From: Candidatus Acidiferrales bacterium
Lineage (GTDB): Bacteria; Acidobacteriota; Terriglobia; Acidiferrales; UBA7541
Length of the DNA stretch: 64,000 nucleotides
Direction: 5' to 3'
NCBI GenBank assembly: GCA_035943235.1
Contig: DASZCH010000129.1
Location: forward strand, 13,229 to 77,228
Below the pieces are notes generated by a model. That model was not told where the DNA came from and did no database searches. It was given only the letters and a program-made list of their open reading frames with translations. Within the stretch, counting starts at the first letter, position 1; each line of letters opens with the position of its first letter. The translations under genes and the position numbers were made by a program. Shown in pieces: positions 47,118-55,460 of this stretch.

Positions 47118-47264
47118 CTTTTGCTCGGACATCAGTCCATCGTCTGGTTTCAGGAATACCAACGCGACCCGAGCGGGAAAGACATCCTCGAAACGCTGCT
47201 CACCTATAACCGCGAGGACTGCATAGCCATCAAGTCGGTCGAAGAATGGCTGAGGCAACTCTAG
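47118..47264 (+). pseudogene. C-terminal fragment of a RecB-like/TM0106-type nuclease
   Basis: Directly after the lysR TAG, and in the same frame: LLLGHQSIVWFQEYQRDPSGKDILETLLTYNREDCIAIKSVEEWLRQL*. The YN.EDC.A....WL tail is typical of that family. There is no upstream body. Confidence 0.35.
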
Positions 47265-47381
47265 GTCCTTGGGAGTGTTCGAAAATCCATGGGTTGGGAG
47301 CCCCTAAGCGTCTTTTTTAGCGTTTACATATAACGATAAATATATATTGACAAACGATATGCCCTAAATTAGTGTGAAAGT

Positions 47382-47861
47382 ATGAAAAAAACCTCAACAA
47401 CATTCCTTCAGGTGGTTATTGTGCTCATCGGCGTTGTGGCGCTGGCCATTATGATCCGGTTCCCCTGGACCGAGGGGAGAGCCGCAAACTTGGACCTGTT
47501 GCATATTTACGCTGATCCATTCCTGGCGTATGGGTACCTAGCGTCTATCGCATTTTTTGTTGCCCTGTATCAAGCGTTCAAACTACTCGGATATGTCGGG
47601 CAAAACAAAGCATTCTCTCTCAACTCTGTGAAGGCTTTGAGGACCATAAAATATTGCGCAATTGTACTGAGCATTTTAATTGCGATGGCAGGACTATATA
47701 TAAGGATATTTCATGCTAAAGATGACGATCCGGCGGGTTTTCTTGCCATGTGTATTGTCACTGCCTTTATTTCTATCGTGATCGCCACTGCGGCGGCCGT
47801 GTTTGAAAGGATTCTGCAGAATGCCGTCGATATGAAGTCTGAGAACGACTTAACGGTATAA
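47382..47861 (+). CDS. DUF2975-type membrane protein
   Basis: Four TM segments. AT-rich relative to neighbouring sequence. Canonical pairing with the downstream YozG-like HTH gene. Possible promoter: TTGACA 47347-47352, 17 bp, TAGTGT. Confidence 0.7.
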   Translation: MKKTSTTFLQVVIVLIGVVALAIMIRFPWTEGRAANLDLLHIYADPFLAYGYLASIAFFVALYQAFKLLGYVGQNKAFSLNSVKALRTIKYCAIVLSILIAMAGLYIRIFHAKDDDPAGFLAMCIVTAFISIVIATAAAVFERILQNAVDMKSENDLTV

Positions 47862-47868
47862 ATGCCCC

Positions 47869-48072
47869 ATGGCGATCATCATTAACATCGACGTCATGCT
47901 GGCAAAGCGAAAAATGAGTGTCACCGAGCTTGCCGAGAAAGTCGGCATCACGATGGCAAATATTTCCGTGCTGAAAAACGGGAAGGCAAGGGCGATCCGG
48001 CTATCGACCTTGGAGGCGATTTGCAAGGCGCTTGGTTGTCAGCCCGGAGATATTTTGGAATACAAGAAATAG
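47869..48072 (+). CDS. Small XRE/YozG-like HTH transcriptional regulator
   Basis: Sequence IIINIDVMLAKRKMSVTELAEKVGITMANISVLKNGKARAIRLSTLEAICKALGCQPGDILEY. Confidence 0.85.
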   Translation: MAIIINIDVMLAKRKMSVTELAEKVGITMANISVLKNGKARAIRLSTLEAICKALGCQPGDILEYKK

Positions 48073-48199
48073 GCACTCGGTTGCGCCGGCAAAAATATTG
48101 AGGAACTATATGCAAGGCTACTCTGATTTTTTGAGGGCGTCGGAAATCGTGGTAACCCGACTGTGCACGAAGTGTGCACGAATCGAAGGTTTTGAGGGT

Positions 48200-48350
48200 A
48201 TTGGGGTTAGCTTTTGAGCGAAAGCAGATTCTCCGATTTGTTGTAAACGCTAGCAGTTAAAGTGAGCGAGGCGGCTGTTAGAAGCGACTCGCGCGCTTTG
48301 CAAGAAGGGTCGCACTAGCGATAGAGCGCCTGCCTGCTGAGCAGGTGGTC
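48200..48350 (+). repeat. Imperfect direct repeat flanking the AbiE cassette (copy A)
   Basis: The core ATTGGGGTTAGCTTTTGAGCGAAAGCAGAT (48200-48229) recurs at 50066-50096 with one substitution and a 1-nt indel. Weaker colinear similarity follows (TTGTAAA, TAAAGTGA, GCTGAGCAGGTG). Confidence 0.6.
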
Positions 48351-48377
48351 TCCCATTTCTGAATTTGATTGAAATCT

Positions 48378-49295
48378 TTAGCACCAGGGCCCGCACGGTT
48401 CCCAGCGTTTAGCGAACGGACTGCCGTCGAGCAAAGCCGTTGCGACGGGCGTCAAGAAACGCTTTACGTTTTCGACTACTTCCTTGAGTTCGGTCTTCGT
48501 AACGTATGTCGCGTTTCTGGTACAGAATGCGGTCCACTGCTTCTTCTTATCCGTGTCGTTATAGAACTCGGGTGTGAAAGCGACTGGGGTGCCGGCGGCC
48601 GGTAGCTCAGTTCCGCGTCGCTCGAATGTTTTGCGGATCGCTTCGCCAAGCATTTTGCCGTCGAAATCGAGACTCCGCGAAAGAGCTTCAAGATCATAGA
48701 AGTCTTTCATTCGGCTGTTGGCGATCCCGAGCTTAACTATGGCCTCGAATTTTTCCGCGACAACCGTTTCCTTGGGATAGGTGAGAAGGCGAGGATTGGA
48801 TGCCGCTAGTAGCGTGGGATATTCAGTTTCGATGGGTGGGGGAGTTACGACATCTCCGAATCCGATATCGGTCTGAATCGGAATACGCGCGCGCTCAAGG
48901 TACGCCGTGAATGTCACGCGCACGCCTCCCTAGTCGGCGTCCTCGGTGATGCGCTCGGCTTTGACCGACCCAGCGTCGAAGGTTAAGCCATCAGGTTCAA
49001 CTTCAGTGGCGCAAAGTTCCTTGAAGATCGCCACGAAACGTTCGGGGGAATTGTCGCCCCGTGCGAGGAAATCCGCGTCTCTCGTGGCGCGGTAGGTATG
49101 TTTTGTCCAGAGTTCGAAGAGCAACGCGCCTTTTAGGACGAACGTATTGCGGTGCTTTGAGCGGCTGAGGCGATACAGAATTCTCTCAAGACCGTACTTC
49201 ACGAGAATCAACCCGAAGTCTTCGTTCCGTGAACGAGCCAAGTCGAGCAATTTCTGGCGTACCGAGGCCGCGAGGTTCTTGGGTTCATGCGGCAC
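48378..49295 (-). pseudogene. abiEii: AbiEii/DUF1814 nucleotidyltransferase toxin interrupted by an in-frame TAG
   Basis: The N-terminal part (49295..48933) ends ...KAERITEDAD-TAG(48930-48932). The same frame continues GGVRVTFTAYLERARIPIQTDIGFGDVVTP..., so the two track ORFs (48930..49295 and 48378..48923) are one gene. Confidence 0.8.
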
Positions 49296-49894
49296 TAGAG
49301 CGACTCCAGGTAGGGGCGGATCACTTTCGCAACGCGGCAGACTTTCGCTGCGGCCCAGAGTTGGTCAATGGAAGCCTTCTTGAGCCGTCGAGATTCTTTC
49401 AGAGCCTCGATGGCGACATCGAGTCCGATCTTGTAGCGGAACTTAAAGCAATCAGCGACAGTCTTGGCAGGCGTAAAAACGCGGATGACTCGGCCAGACA
49501 CATGATGTTCAGACGCTCCGAACTGAAGCGCTGGGCCGGACATGCGAACGAATCGAACTGGCGGAGACGAAATTGTGGGAGCCCAGGCTTTGTGGCCGAT
49601 GGCCATCCACACTTCGCGCGGAGATTGGGTAGTGAGGTTGTGAAATCGGAGTGCGGAGAGCAGGCAAATAATGCCTTGGGTGACCTGATACGATGCTTCG
49701 ACAAGCGATGCGTGTTCACTGGGAGAAAATCCCGGTGACGTGTATAGGCCACGTGCAATTTTTTCGAGTTGCCCCTGGCGAGCCAGCCGGGACAGATAGG
49801 TCCGCGGGACGCCGAGCTGAGCTGCATCGGCGGCAGTAATGATCTGGCGTTTGGTGGCCAGATTGCGAAGTTTGTCGGCTTTGGATTTGGGCAT
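49295..49894 (-). CDS. abiEi: AbiEi-type (type IV TA) antitoxin/transcriptional regulator
   Basis: Sequence ITAADAAQLGVPRTYLSRLARQGQLEKIARGLY..., followed by the C-terminal AbiEi domain. Its stop abuts the toxin start. Confidence 0.8.
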   Translation of the reverse strand: MPKSKADKLRNLATKRQIITAADAAQLGVPRTYLSRLARQGQLEKIARGLYTSPGFSPSEHASLVEASYQVTQGIICLLSALRFHNLTTQSPREVWMAIGHKAWAPTISSPPVRFVRMSGPALQFGASEHHVSGRVIRVFTPAKTVADCFKFRYKIGLDVAIEALKESRRLKKASIDQLWAAAKVCRVAKVIRPYLESL

Positions 49895-50065
49895 GCGGAC
49901 GCCTCGACACTACTGTACCAAGTCCTCGGCAGATGTAAACAAGTGCCTAGCAATTGTAGCATACTCATGCCTAGGCATTGTGACATGCCCTCACTGGCAT
50001 CCTGGTCCACAATGGTGACGTTGTGTCGTGTGTCAGAATTGTGTCAAAACCCTATGTGTTTTGGT

Positions 50066-50190
50066 CATTGGGGTTAGCTTTCGAGCGAAAAGCAGATGCC
50101 CCAAGTTATTGTAAAGAAACGATAAAGTGAAGGAAGCAACGGAAAGTTTAGAGAGGTCTCGGCGGCCGCTGAGCAGGTGCTCTACAAGCC
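50066..50190 (+). repeat. Imperfect direct repeat flanking the AbiE cassette (copy B)
   Basis: See 48200..48350. Confidence 0.6.
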
Positions 50191-50292
50191 TGTAAAGATG
50201 CCTTCTCCAAAGCTCCCGCATCCGAAACAAATCCAGCTACTTTGCAGTCGTGACCGAATCCACTGTGAGTTTATCGGCGCTGAGCTTTCCGG

Positions 50293-50589
50293 TCAGCGCG
50301 ACCTTCCGCCAGCGTACTTGTAGAGTTCGGGAGAATGGCCGCTCAGGTTATAAACCTTGTTTCCAACGACTAGCGCATAGCTTTGTCCAGCCTTCACGCA
50401 CATACGCGTGCAATCCGCAGCGCTCATGCCTTTCATGCGGTGGTGCGCCCCGCATACCGCGTCGCTCACAACACCTGTTAGAGTGGCTTCTGTTCCAGCG
50501 CACTGAGCGCGAACGCCGGAGCCGAGAACAGCAAATGCAACTGCCGATGCAAACAGCATTCCTCGTTGTACGTGTCGAGGAATCCTCAT
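50293..50589 (-). CDS. Small exported Cys/His-containing protein at the 3' end of the cus operon; apparent 3' frameshift
   Basis: GGAGGAAGC RBS. Signal peptide MRIPRHVQRGMLFASAVAFAVLGSGVRAQ. Sequence CGAHHRMKGMSAADCTRMC. After ..YKYAGG the protein-like continuation KVALTGKLSADKLTVDSVTTAK* lies in another frame and runs to TAG 50237-50239. Confidence 0.5.
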   Translation of the reverse strand: MRIPRHVQRGMLFASAVAFAVLGSGVRAQCAGTEATLTGVVSDAVCGAHHRMKGMSAADCTRMCVKAGQSYALVVGNKVYNLSGHSPELYKYAGGRSR

Positions 50590-50662
50590 GTTTAGCTTCC
50601 TCCTTTTGTCGCGATAACAGATACAATCAGCACGGCAACCTCGTGCATCTGGCGTTACAGGT

Positions 50663-53600
50663 TCAATCGCCCTTTCCTTCCTGATTGCTTCGGAGGGTGC
50701 CGCGACGCAGAGCACGCTCTTTAAGCTGTGCAAAGAGAATCGGGACAAGAATCATCACAGCAATAGTGGACGTGACCATGCCGCCTACGATTGGCGCGGC
50801 AATCGGCTTCATCACATCGGAACCGATTCCCGTCTCCCAGAGGAGCGGACCGAGGCTCCCGATAACGGCGAAAACGGTCATTAACTTTGGCCTGAGGCGG
50901 AGCACGGCTCCATCAATAGTTGCAGCTTCGATGTCTTCGTGTTTCAGCGGGCTTGCCAAAGCCAAGCGTGCGTTGAGAGTTTCGTGAAGATAAACGATCA
51001 TCACAACCGCTGTTTCGACAGCAATCCCAAATAAATCGATGTAGCCGACCGCAACAGAGACGCTGAAGTTATAGCCCAGTATCACCTGAAGGAGCAGCCC
51101 ACCGATCAAGGCGAAGAAAGCTGGGAAAAATAGCATCGCGGATTCCGCAACGGAATGGAAGGTCATGTAAAGCAGTAAAAAGATCACGAAAAATACGATG
51201 GGCAAGATCAGTTCGAACCGTTTTTTGGCCCTGAGTTCGAATTCATATTCGCCTGCCCATTGGTAGGTGTAGCCCGCTGGCAACGCCAGCTTTTGCCGCA
51301 GCACCTCATCGGCCTTTTGGACGAATCCGCCGTAGTCATTCGTGTTCAGGTCAACGTAAATATAGCCGGTGAGCGCGCCATCTTCGTCGCGGATCATAGC
51401 GGGGCCGCGCGAGAACGAAACGGTTGCAACTTCGGAGACGGGTATTTGCGCGCCTGAGGGCGTGGCAATCAGAACTTGCTGCAACTCTTCGAGATTGTCT
51501 CGGAAATCTCGATTATAGCGGACGTTGATTGGATACCGCTCGCGCCCTTCAATATTTTCAGCGATATCCTCGCCGCCCATGCCCGATTCAACCGCGCGCT
51601 GCACATCGGAAACCGTGAGTCCATAGCGAGCGGCGACTTCGCGGTTGACGGCGACGTTGATGTAGAAGCCTTGAGAAACGCGCTCTGCGAAGATGGACCG
51701 CATTTCCGACAGGCCGGAGAGAATCTGTTGGATTTTCGCGCCAACCTCCTGGATGCCTTCGAGAGAAGGCCCCTGAATCTTCATGCCAAGGGGAGTCTTG
51801 ATCCCGGTTAACTCCATGTCGAGGCGGTTTTCGACCGGCATCGTCCACGTATTTGAAAGTCCTGGGAACTGAAGCTTCGCGTCCATCTGTTGAATTAGCT
51901 TTTCGTACGTCATCCCGTCGGGCCACTGGCTGCGGGGCTTGAGCATAATTGTTGTGTCGTACATGTCGAGAGGTGCGTTGTCCGTCGCGCTGTCGGAGCG
52001 GCCCACGGTTCCGAAGACGCTCTCGACCTCCGGAAACGTCTTGATAATCCTGTCCTGTTCTTCAAGCAGTTGGGATGCTTGGCCAATCGAAATGCCGGGC
52101 AATGCGGTCGGCATATACAGTGCGGAACCTTCGAAGAGCGGCGGCATGAATTGGTTGCCGATCCTCCGTGCAAGCGGGATGGTGAGGGCAAGACAGATGA
52201 GCGCAACAACGATGGTCGTTTTGCGAAAACGAAGGCACGATCTCAAAATCGGAAGGTAAATGGCTTGCGTGATCCGCGAGACCGGATTCTTTGCTTCAGG
52301 CCGAAGCCGTCCTCGGATAAGCAGCGGCATGAGGACGGGCACGAGCGTGATGGCCAGCACGGAAGAGAATGCAATCGCCAGCGTCTTCGTCCACGCGAGC
52401 GGCTTGAACATCCGGCCTTCCTGTGCTTCGAGCAAGAAAATCGGCAAGAACGAAACAACGATAATAACCAGCGAGAAGAAGAGCGCGGGACCCACTTGCT
52501 GCGCAGCCGCAAGCAGGACGCTGCGGCGCTCGCTGCCGCCGATGCGCTGCGCGGCGGCGGAAGCCTCGCTCGTCCGAACTGTCGAACCGTTTTCAGCCTC
52601 GTCAAATCGGAGTTCCTGCTGATTGGGAGCGCGATTCTGCCGTTCGGCCAAACGCCGGTACCCGTTCTCGACCATCACAATAGCGGCGTCCACGAGCACT
52701 CCTATGGCGAGTGCTAGTCCTCCTAGCGACATGATGTTGTTCGATACATGGAGGTAGTACATCGGAATGAAGGACGCAACGACCGCGATCGGTATGGTGA
52801 GAATGGGAATCAAAGCCGAACGGAAATGCCAGAGAAATACGATAATTACCATGCTAACTACTATGGCTTCCTCGATCAGATCGCGTTCCAGCGTGTGAAT
52901 CGAGGCTTCGATCAGACCGGAGCGGTCGTAGCCCGAAACGATCTCGATGCCCTGTGGCAAGGAGCCTTTGATCTGCGCCAGCTTTTGCTTCACTCCGTTG
53001 ATGACCGTGAGGGCGTTCATCCCGTAGCGCATCACAACGATTCCGCCTACGGTTTCTCCGTTCCCATTCCACTCCGCGACGCCTTCTCGAATGTCCGGCC
53101 CAAACGAGACTGTTCCCAAGTCGCGTATCAACACCGCTGTGCCGTTCTTCGTTGCCACAGGAACATCTTCCAGATCGTTGAGCGAGCGAAGATATCCGAG
53201 GCCCCGAATCATGTATTGAGCGCCGCCCAATTCGAGCAATCGTCCGCCAACTTCGTTCGTGCTCGCACGAACGCGCTCGATCACGGTTGAAAGGGGGATG
53301 TTGTAAGCGCGGAGTTTGTCCGGGTCTAAGTTCACCTGATACTGGCGAACGAATCCGCCGATGCTCGCAATTTCGGCCACGCCTGGTACGGTTTCAAGTT
53401 GATATCGCAGGTACCAATCTTGAAGGCTGCGCAAATCCGCCAAGCTGTATTTATGCGTGTGGTCAACCAGAACATATTCGTACACCCAGCCTGCGCCGGT
53501 CGCGTCCGGGCCGATGGCCGGATGTACGCCTCCCGGCAACCGTCCTTGGATTTGCTGCAAGTATTCCAACACCCGCGAGCGCGCCCAATAGAGATCCGTG

Positions 53601-53899
53601 CCGTCCTGAAAAACGACAAAGACGTAGGAATCGCCAAACATCGTTTGGGCCCGCACGGCCTTGACGCGGGGAGCGGCCAAAAACGTAGTAACGAGAGGAT
53701 ACGTTACCTGGTCCTCGATGATATTCGGCGGCTGGCCTGCCCAGTTGGTGTGGATGATTACTTCCACATCGGAGATATCGGGCAGCGCATCCAGCGGAAT
53801 TCTTCGCATAGCCCAAAGCCCGGCAAGTACAAGTAAAGTGACGGCGGTGAACACAAGGAAGGTGTTCCGCGTGCACCACTGGATCAGCCGTGCGATCAC
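50663..53899 (-). CDS. cusA: CusA/CzcA-family heavy-metal efflux RND permease
   Basis: 1078 aa. Sequence MIARLIQWCTRN...PLDALPDISDVEVIIHTNWAGQPPNIIEDQVTYPL...GPDATGAGWVYEYVL. Confidence 0.9.
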   Translation of the reverse strand: MIARLIQWCTRNTFLVFTAVTLLVLAGLWAMRRIPLDALPDISDVEVIIHTNWAGQPPNIIEDQVTYPLVTTFLAAPRVKAVRAQTMFGDSYVFVVFQDGTDLYWARSRVLEYLQQIQGRLPGGVHPAIGPDATGAGWVYEYVLVDHTHKYSLADLRSLQDWYLRYQLETVPGVAEIASIGGFVRQYQVNLDPDKLRAYNIPLSTVIERVRASTNEVGGRLLELGGAQYMIRGLGYLRSLNDLEDVPVATKNGTAVLIRDLGTVSFGPDIREGVAEWNGNGETVGGIVVMRYGMNALTVINGVKQKLAQIKGSLPQGIEIVSGYDRSGLIEASIHTLERDLIEEAIVVSMVIIVFLWHFRSALIPILTIPIAVVASFIPMYYLHVSNNIMSLGGLALAIGVLVDAAIVMVENGYRRLAERQNRAPNQQELRFDEAENGSTVRTSEASAAAQRIGGSERRSVLLAAAQQVGPALFFSLVIIVVSFLPIFLLEAQEGRMFKPLAWTKTLAIAFSSVLAITLVPVLMPLLIRGRLRPEAKNPVSRITQAIYLPILRSCLRFRKTTIVVALICLALTIPLARRIGNQFMPPLFEGSALYMPTALPGISIGQASQLLEEQDRIIKTFPEVESVFGTVGRSDSATDNAPLDMYDTTIMLKPRSQWPDGMTYEKLIQQMDAKLQFPGLSNTWTMPVENRLDMELTGIKTPLGMKIQGPSLEGIQEVGAKIQQILSGLSEMRSIFAERVSQGFYINVAVNREVAARYGLTVSDVQRAVESGMGGEDIAENIEGRERYPINVRYNRDFRDNLEELQQVLIATPSGAQIPVSEVATVSFSRGPAMIRDEDGALTGYIYVDLNTNDYGGFVQKADEVLRQKLALPAGYTYQWAGEYEFELRAKKRFELILPIVFFVIFLLLYMTFHSVAESAMLFFPAFFALIGGLLLQVILGYNFSVSVAVGYIDLFGIAVETAVVMIVYLHETLNARLALASPLKHEDIEAATIDGAVLRLRPKLMTVFAVIGSLGPLLWETGIGSDVMKPIAAPIVGGMVTSTIAVMILVPILFAQLKERALRRGTLRSNQEGKGD

Positions 53900-53900
53900 G

Positions 53901-55460
53901 CTACATCCCTCCGGCTGCGCTGACGCTCAGTTGCTTGCTGCCGATGGTTTTTCCATTCTTCTGGGCAAGGATGGTTACCTGCCATGTTCCCCCGCTTCCA
54001 AGCTGGCCTGATTCCCCGTAATTACCGCCTGCCTTGTCGGTGAGAGTTACAGTCGTGCGCATCGCCGCCATGCCCATCGCCGGCATTGCCGGCATGAAGA
54101 ATGTGACGGTCACTTGCGCACCCGAAACCGGGGAACCGTTCGCGCTCGTTAGCTTCACGCGAAATACATTGCTGCCCTTGTGGGGAGGATTGGGACTGGA
54201 GCTGAATTCGATATTCGTCTGCGGGGCATTTATGGCCGCTGCTGCGCCAGCACCGGGCGGAGGCGGAACGAACGAGCCGAGTGCAGCCTGAAGCTGGCTC
54301 TCCGAATCGATCAGAAAGTTCGCTGAAGTTGCAATGCGCTCGCCCACTTTCAATCCCTTCAGCACGATAAAATCGTCACCCACACGCGCGCCAAGTTCCA
54401 CATCACGAGGGTCCAGATAGCCGTCGTCACGATCCACAAAAGCGATGCTGCGCGTGCCGGACTGCAAAACTCCGCTCGCAGGAATTACCAAGCGGCGGCC
54501 CATCGGAATCCTGAGCGTAACGTTGACAAACATGCCGGGTGTGAGCAAAAGCTCCGGATTCGAAAACACAATTCGCACGTTCGCAGTTCGTGTATTCATG
54601 TCCACGTTGGGATAAATGAAATCCAGGCGGCCATGAAAAGTTCGAACCGGATAGGAATCCACGGTGAGTTCGGCGGGATCGCCAACTTTAATTCTTCCTA
54701 GATCATTCTGGAAAACTTGGGCCTGTACCCAAACGGTTGAGAGATTGGCTATCGTGTAGAGGCGCGTCTCAGGTTGAACCGTCAGGCCGGGGACTGCATT
54801 ACGTTCGGTTACATAGCCGGTTGCTGGAGAATCAATTTCGAGTTCCTGCTGCACACGGCCTGTTGTTTCGAGCCTAGCGATCTCCTTTTGCGGAATGCCC
54901 CATTGGCTGAGCCGTTCAACTGCGGCAGTCACAAGGGATGCAGCACCGGTTGCGACGCCGGGAACCGTGCTGCGCGACACTTCCTGCTGGTTCTGCTTGG
55001 CGACCAGGTACTCGCGCTCAGTCGCCACAAGATCCGGACCGTAAATCGTGAACAATGGCTGCCCTTTGTGGACGTACTGGTAGGCAGCATCGACAAAGAC
55101 GTGCTGGATATAGCCTGAAAACCGCACCTGAACGTAGGCTAACTTTGCCTCGTCCACCGCTACGTTTCCCGTCGTGCTGATTTCGTCAGTTACGGATTCC
55201 CGCTGGACTTGACCGAACTTGACGCCGATGCTTTGCAGCCTTTGCGCCGAGATTTGAACCGGAACCAGGCGTGTCTCCTGCGGAGTCGCTGCGGAGCTTC
55301 CTGAGTTCGAAACGGGCATTTGCGCGGCTGAATCGGCGCTTTGCGCATGAACGGTGGCCTTCGAGTTTGCGGTGCGATAGTGGAGCCAGCCCAATACTAA
55401 AAGCGCGACGAGTGCTGCATTTCCCGCCAAGGCCCGGATGAATCCCGTGTAGGTTTTCAT
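53901..55460 (-). CDS. cusB: Efflux RND periplasmic adaptor (CusB-like) with a C-terminal YtkA/FixH-like Met-rich domain
   Basis: MFP core: VRFSGYIQHVFVD...GQPLFTIYGPDL. C-terminal ~110 aa: NIEFSSSPNPPHKGSNVFRVKLT...VTFFMPAMPAMGMAAMRTTVTL...WQVTILAQKNGK. Confidence 0.85.
   Translation of the reverse strand: MKTYTGFIRALAGNAALVALLVLGWLHYRTANSKATVHAQSADSAAQMPVSNSGSSAATPQETRLVPVQISAQRLQSIGVKFGQVQRESVTDEISTTGNVAVDEAKLAYVQVRFSGYIQHVFVDAAYQYVHKGQPLFTIYGPDLVATEREYLVAKQNQQEVSRSTVPGVATGAASLVTAAVERLSQWGIPQKEIARLETTGRVQQELEIDSPATGYVTERNAVPGLTVQPETRLYTIANLSTVWVQAQVFQNDLGRIKVGDPAELTVDSYPVRTFHGRLDFIYPNVDMNTRTANVRIVFSNPELLLTPGMFVNVTLRIPMGRRLVIPASGVLQSGTRSIAFVDRDDGYLDPRDVELGARVGDDFIVLKGLKVGERIATSANFLIDSESQLQAALGSFVPPPPGAGAAAAINAPQTNIEFSSSPNPPHKGSNVFRVKLTSANGSPVSGAQVTVTFFMPAMPAMGMAAMRTTVTLTDKAGGNYGESGQLGSGGTWQVTILAQKNGKTIGSKQLSVSAAGGM

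Noticed and set aside
48305-48350. tRNA-like stretch TAGCGATAGAGCGCCTGCCTGCTGAGCAGGTGGTCTCC, with a D-arm-like segment and an anticodon-stem-like hairpin.
   Set aside because: There is no T-arm (GTTCRANYC) or acceptor stem on either side. The hairpin is only 5 bp with a 3-nt loop in its best fold. It is not a tRNA gene, at most a fragment.
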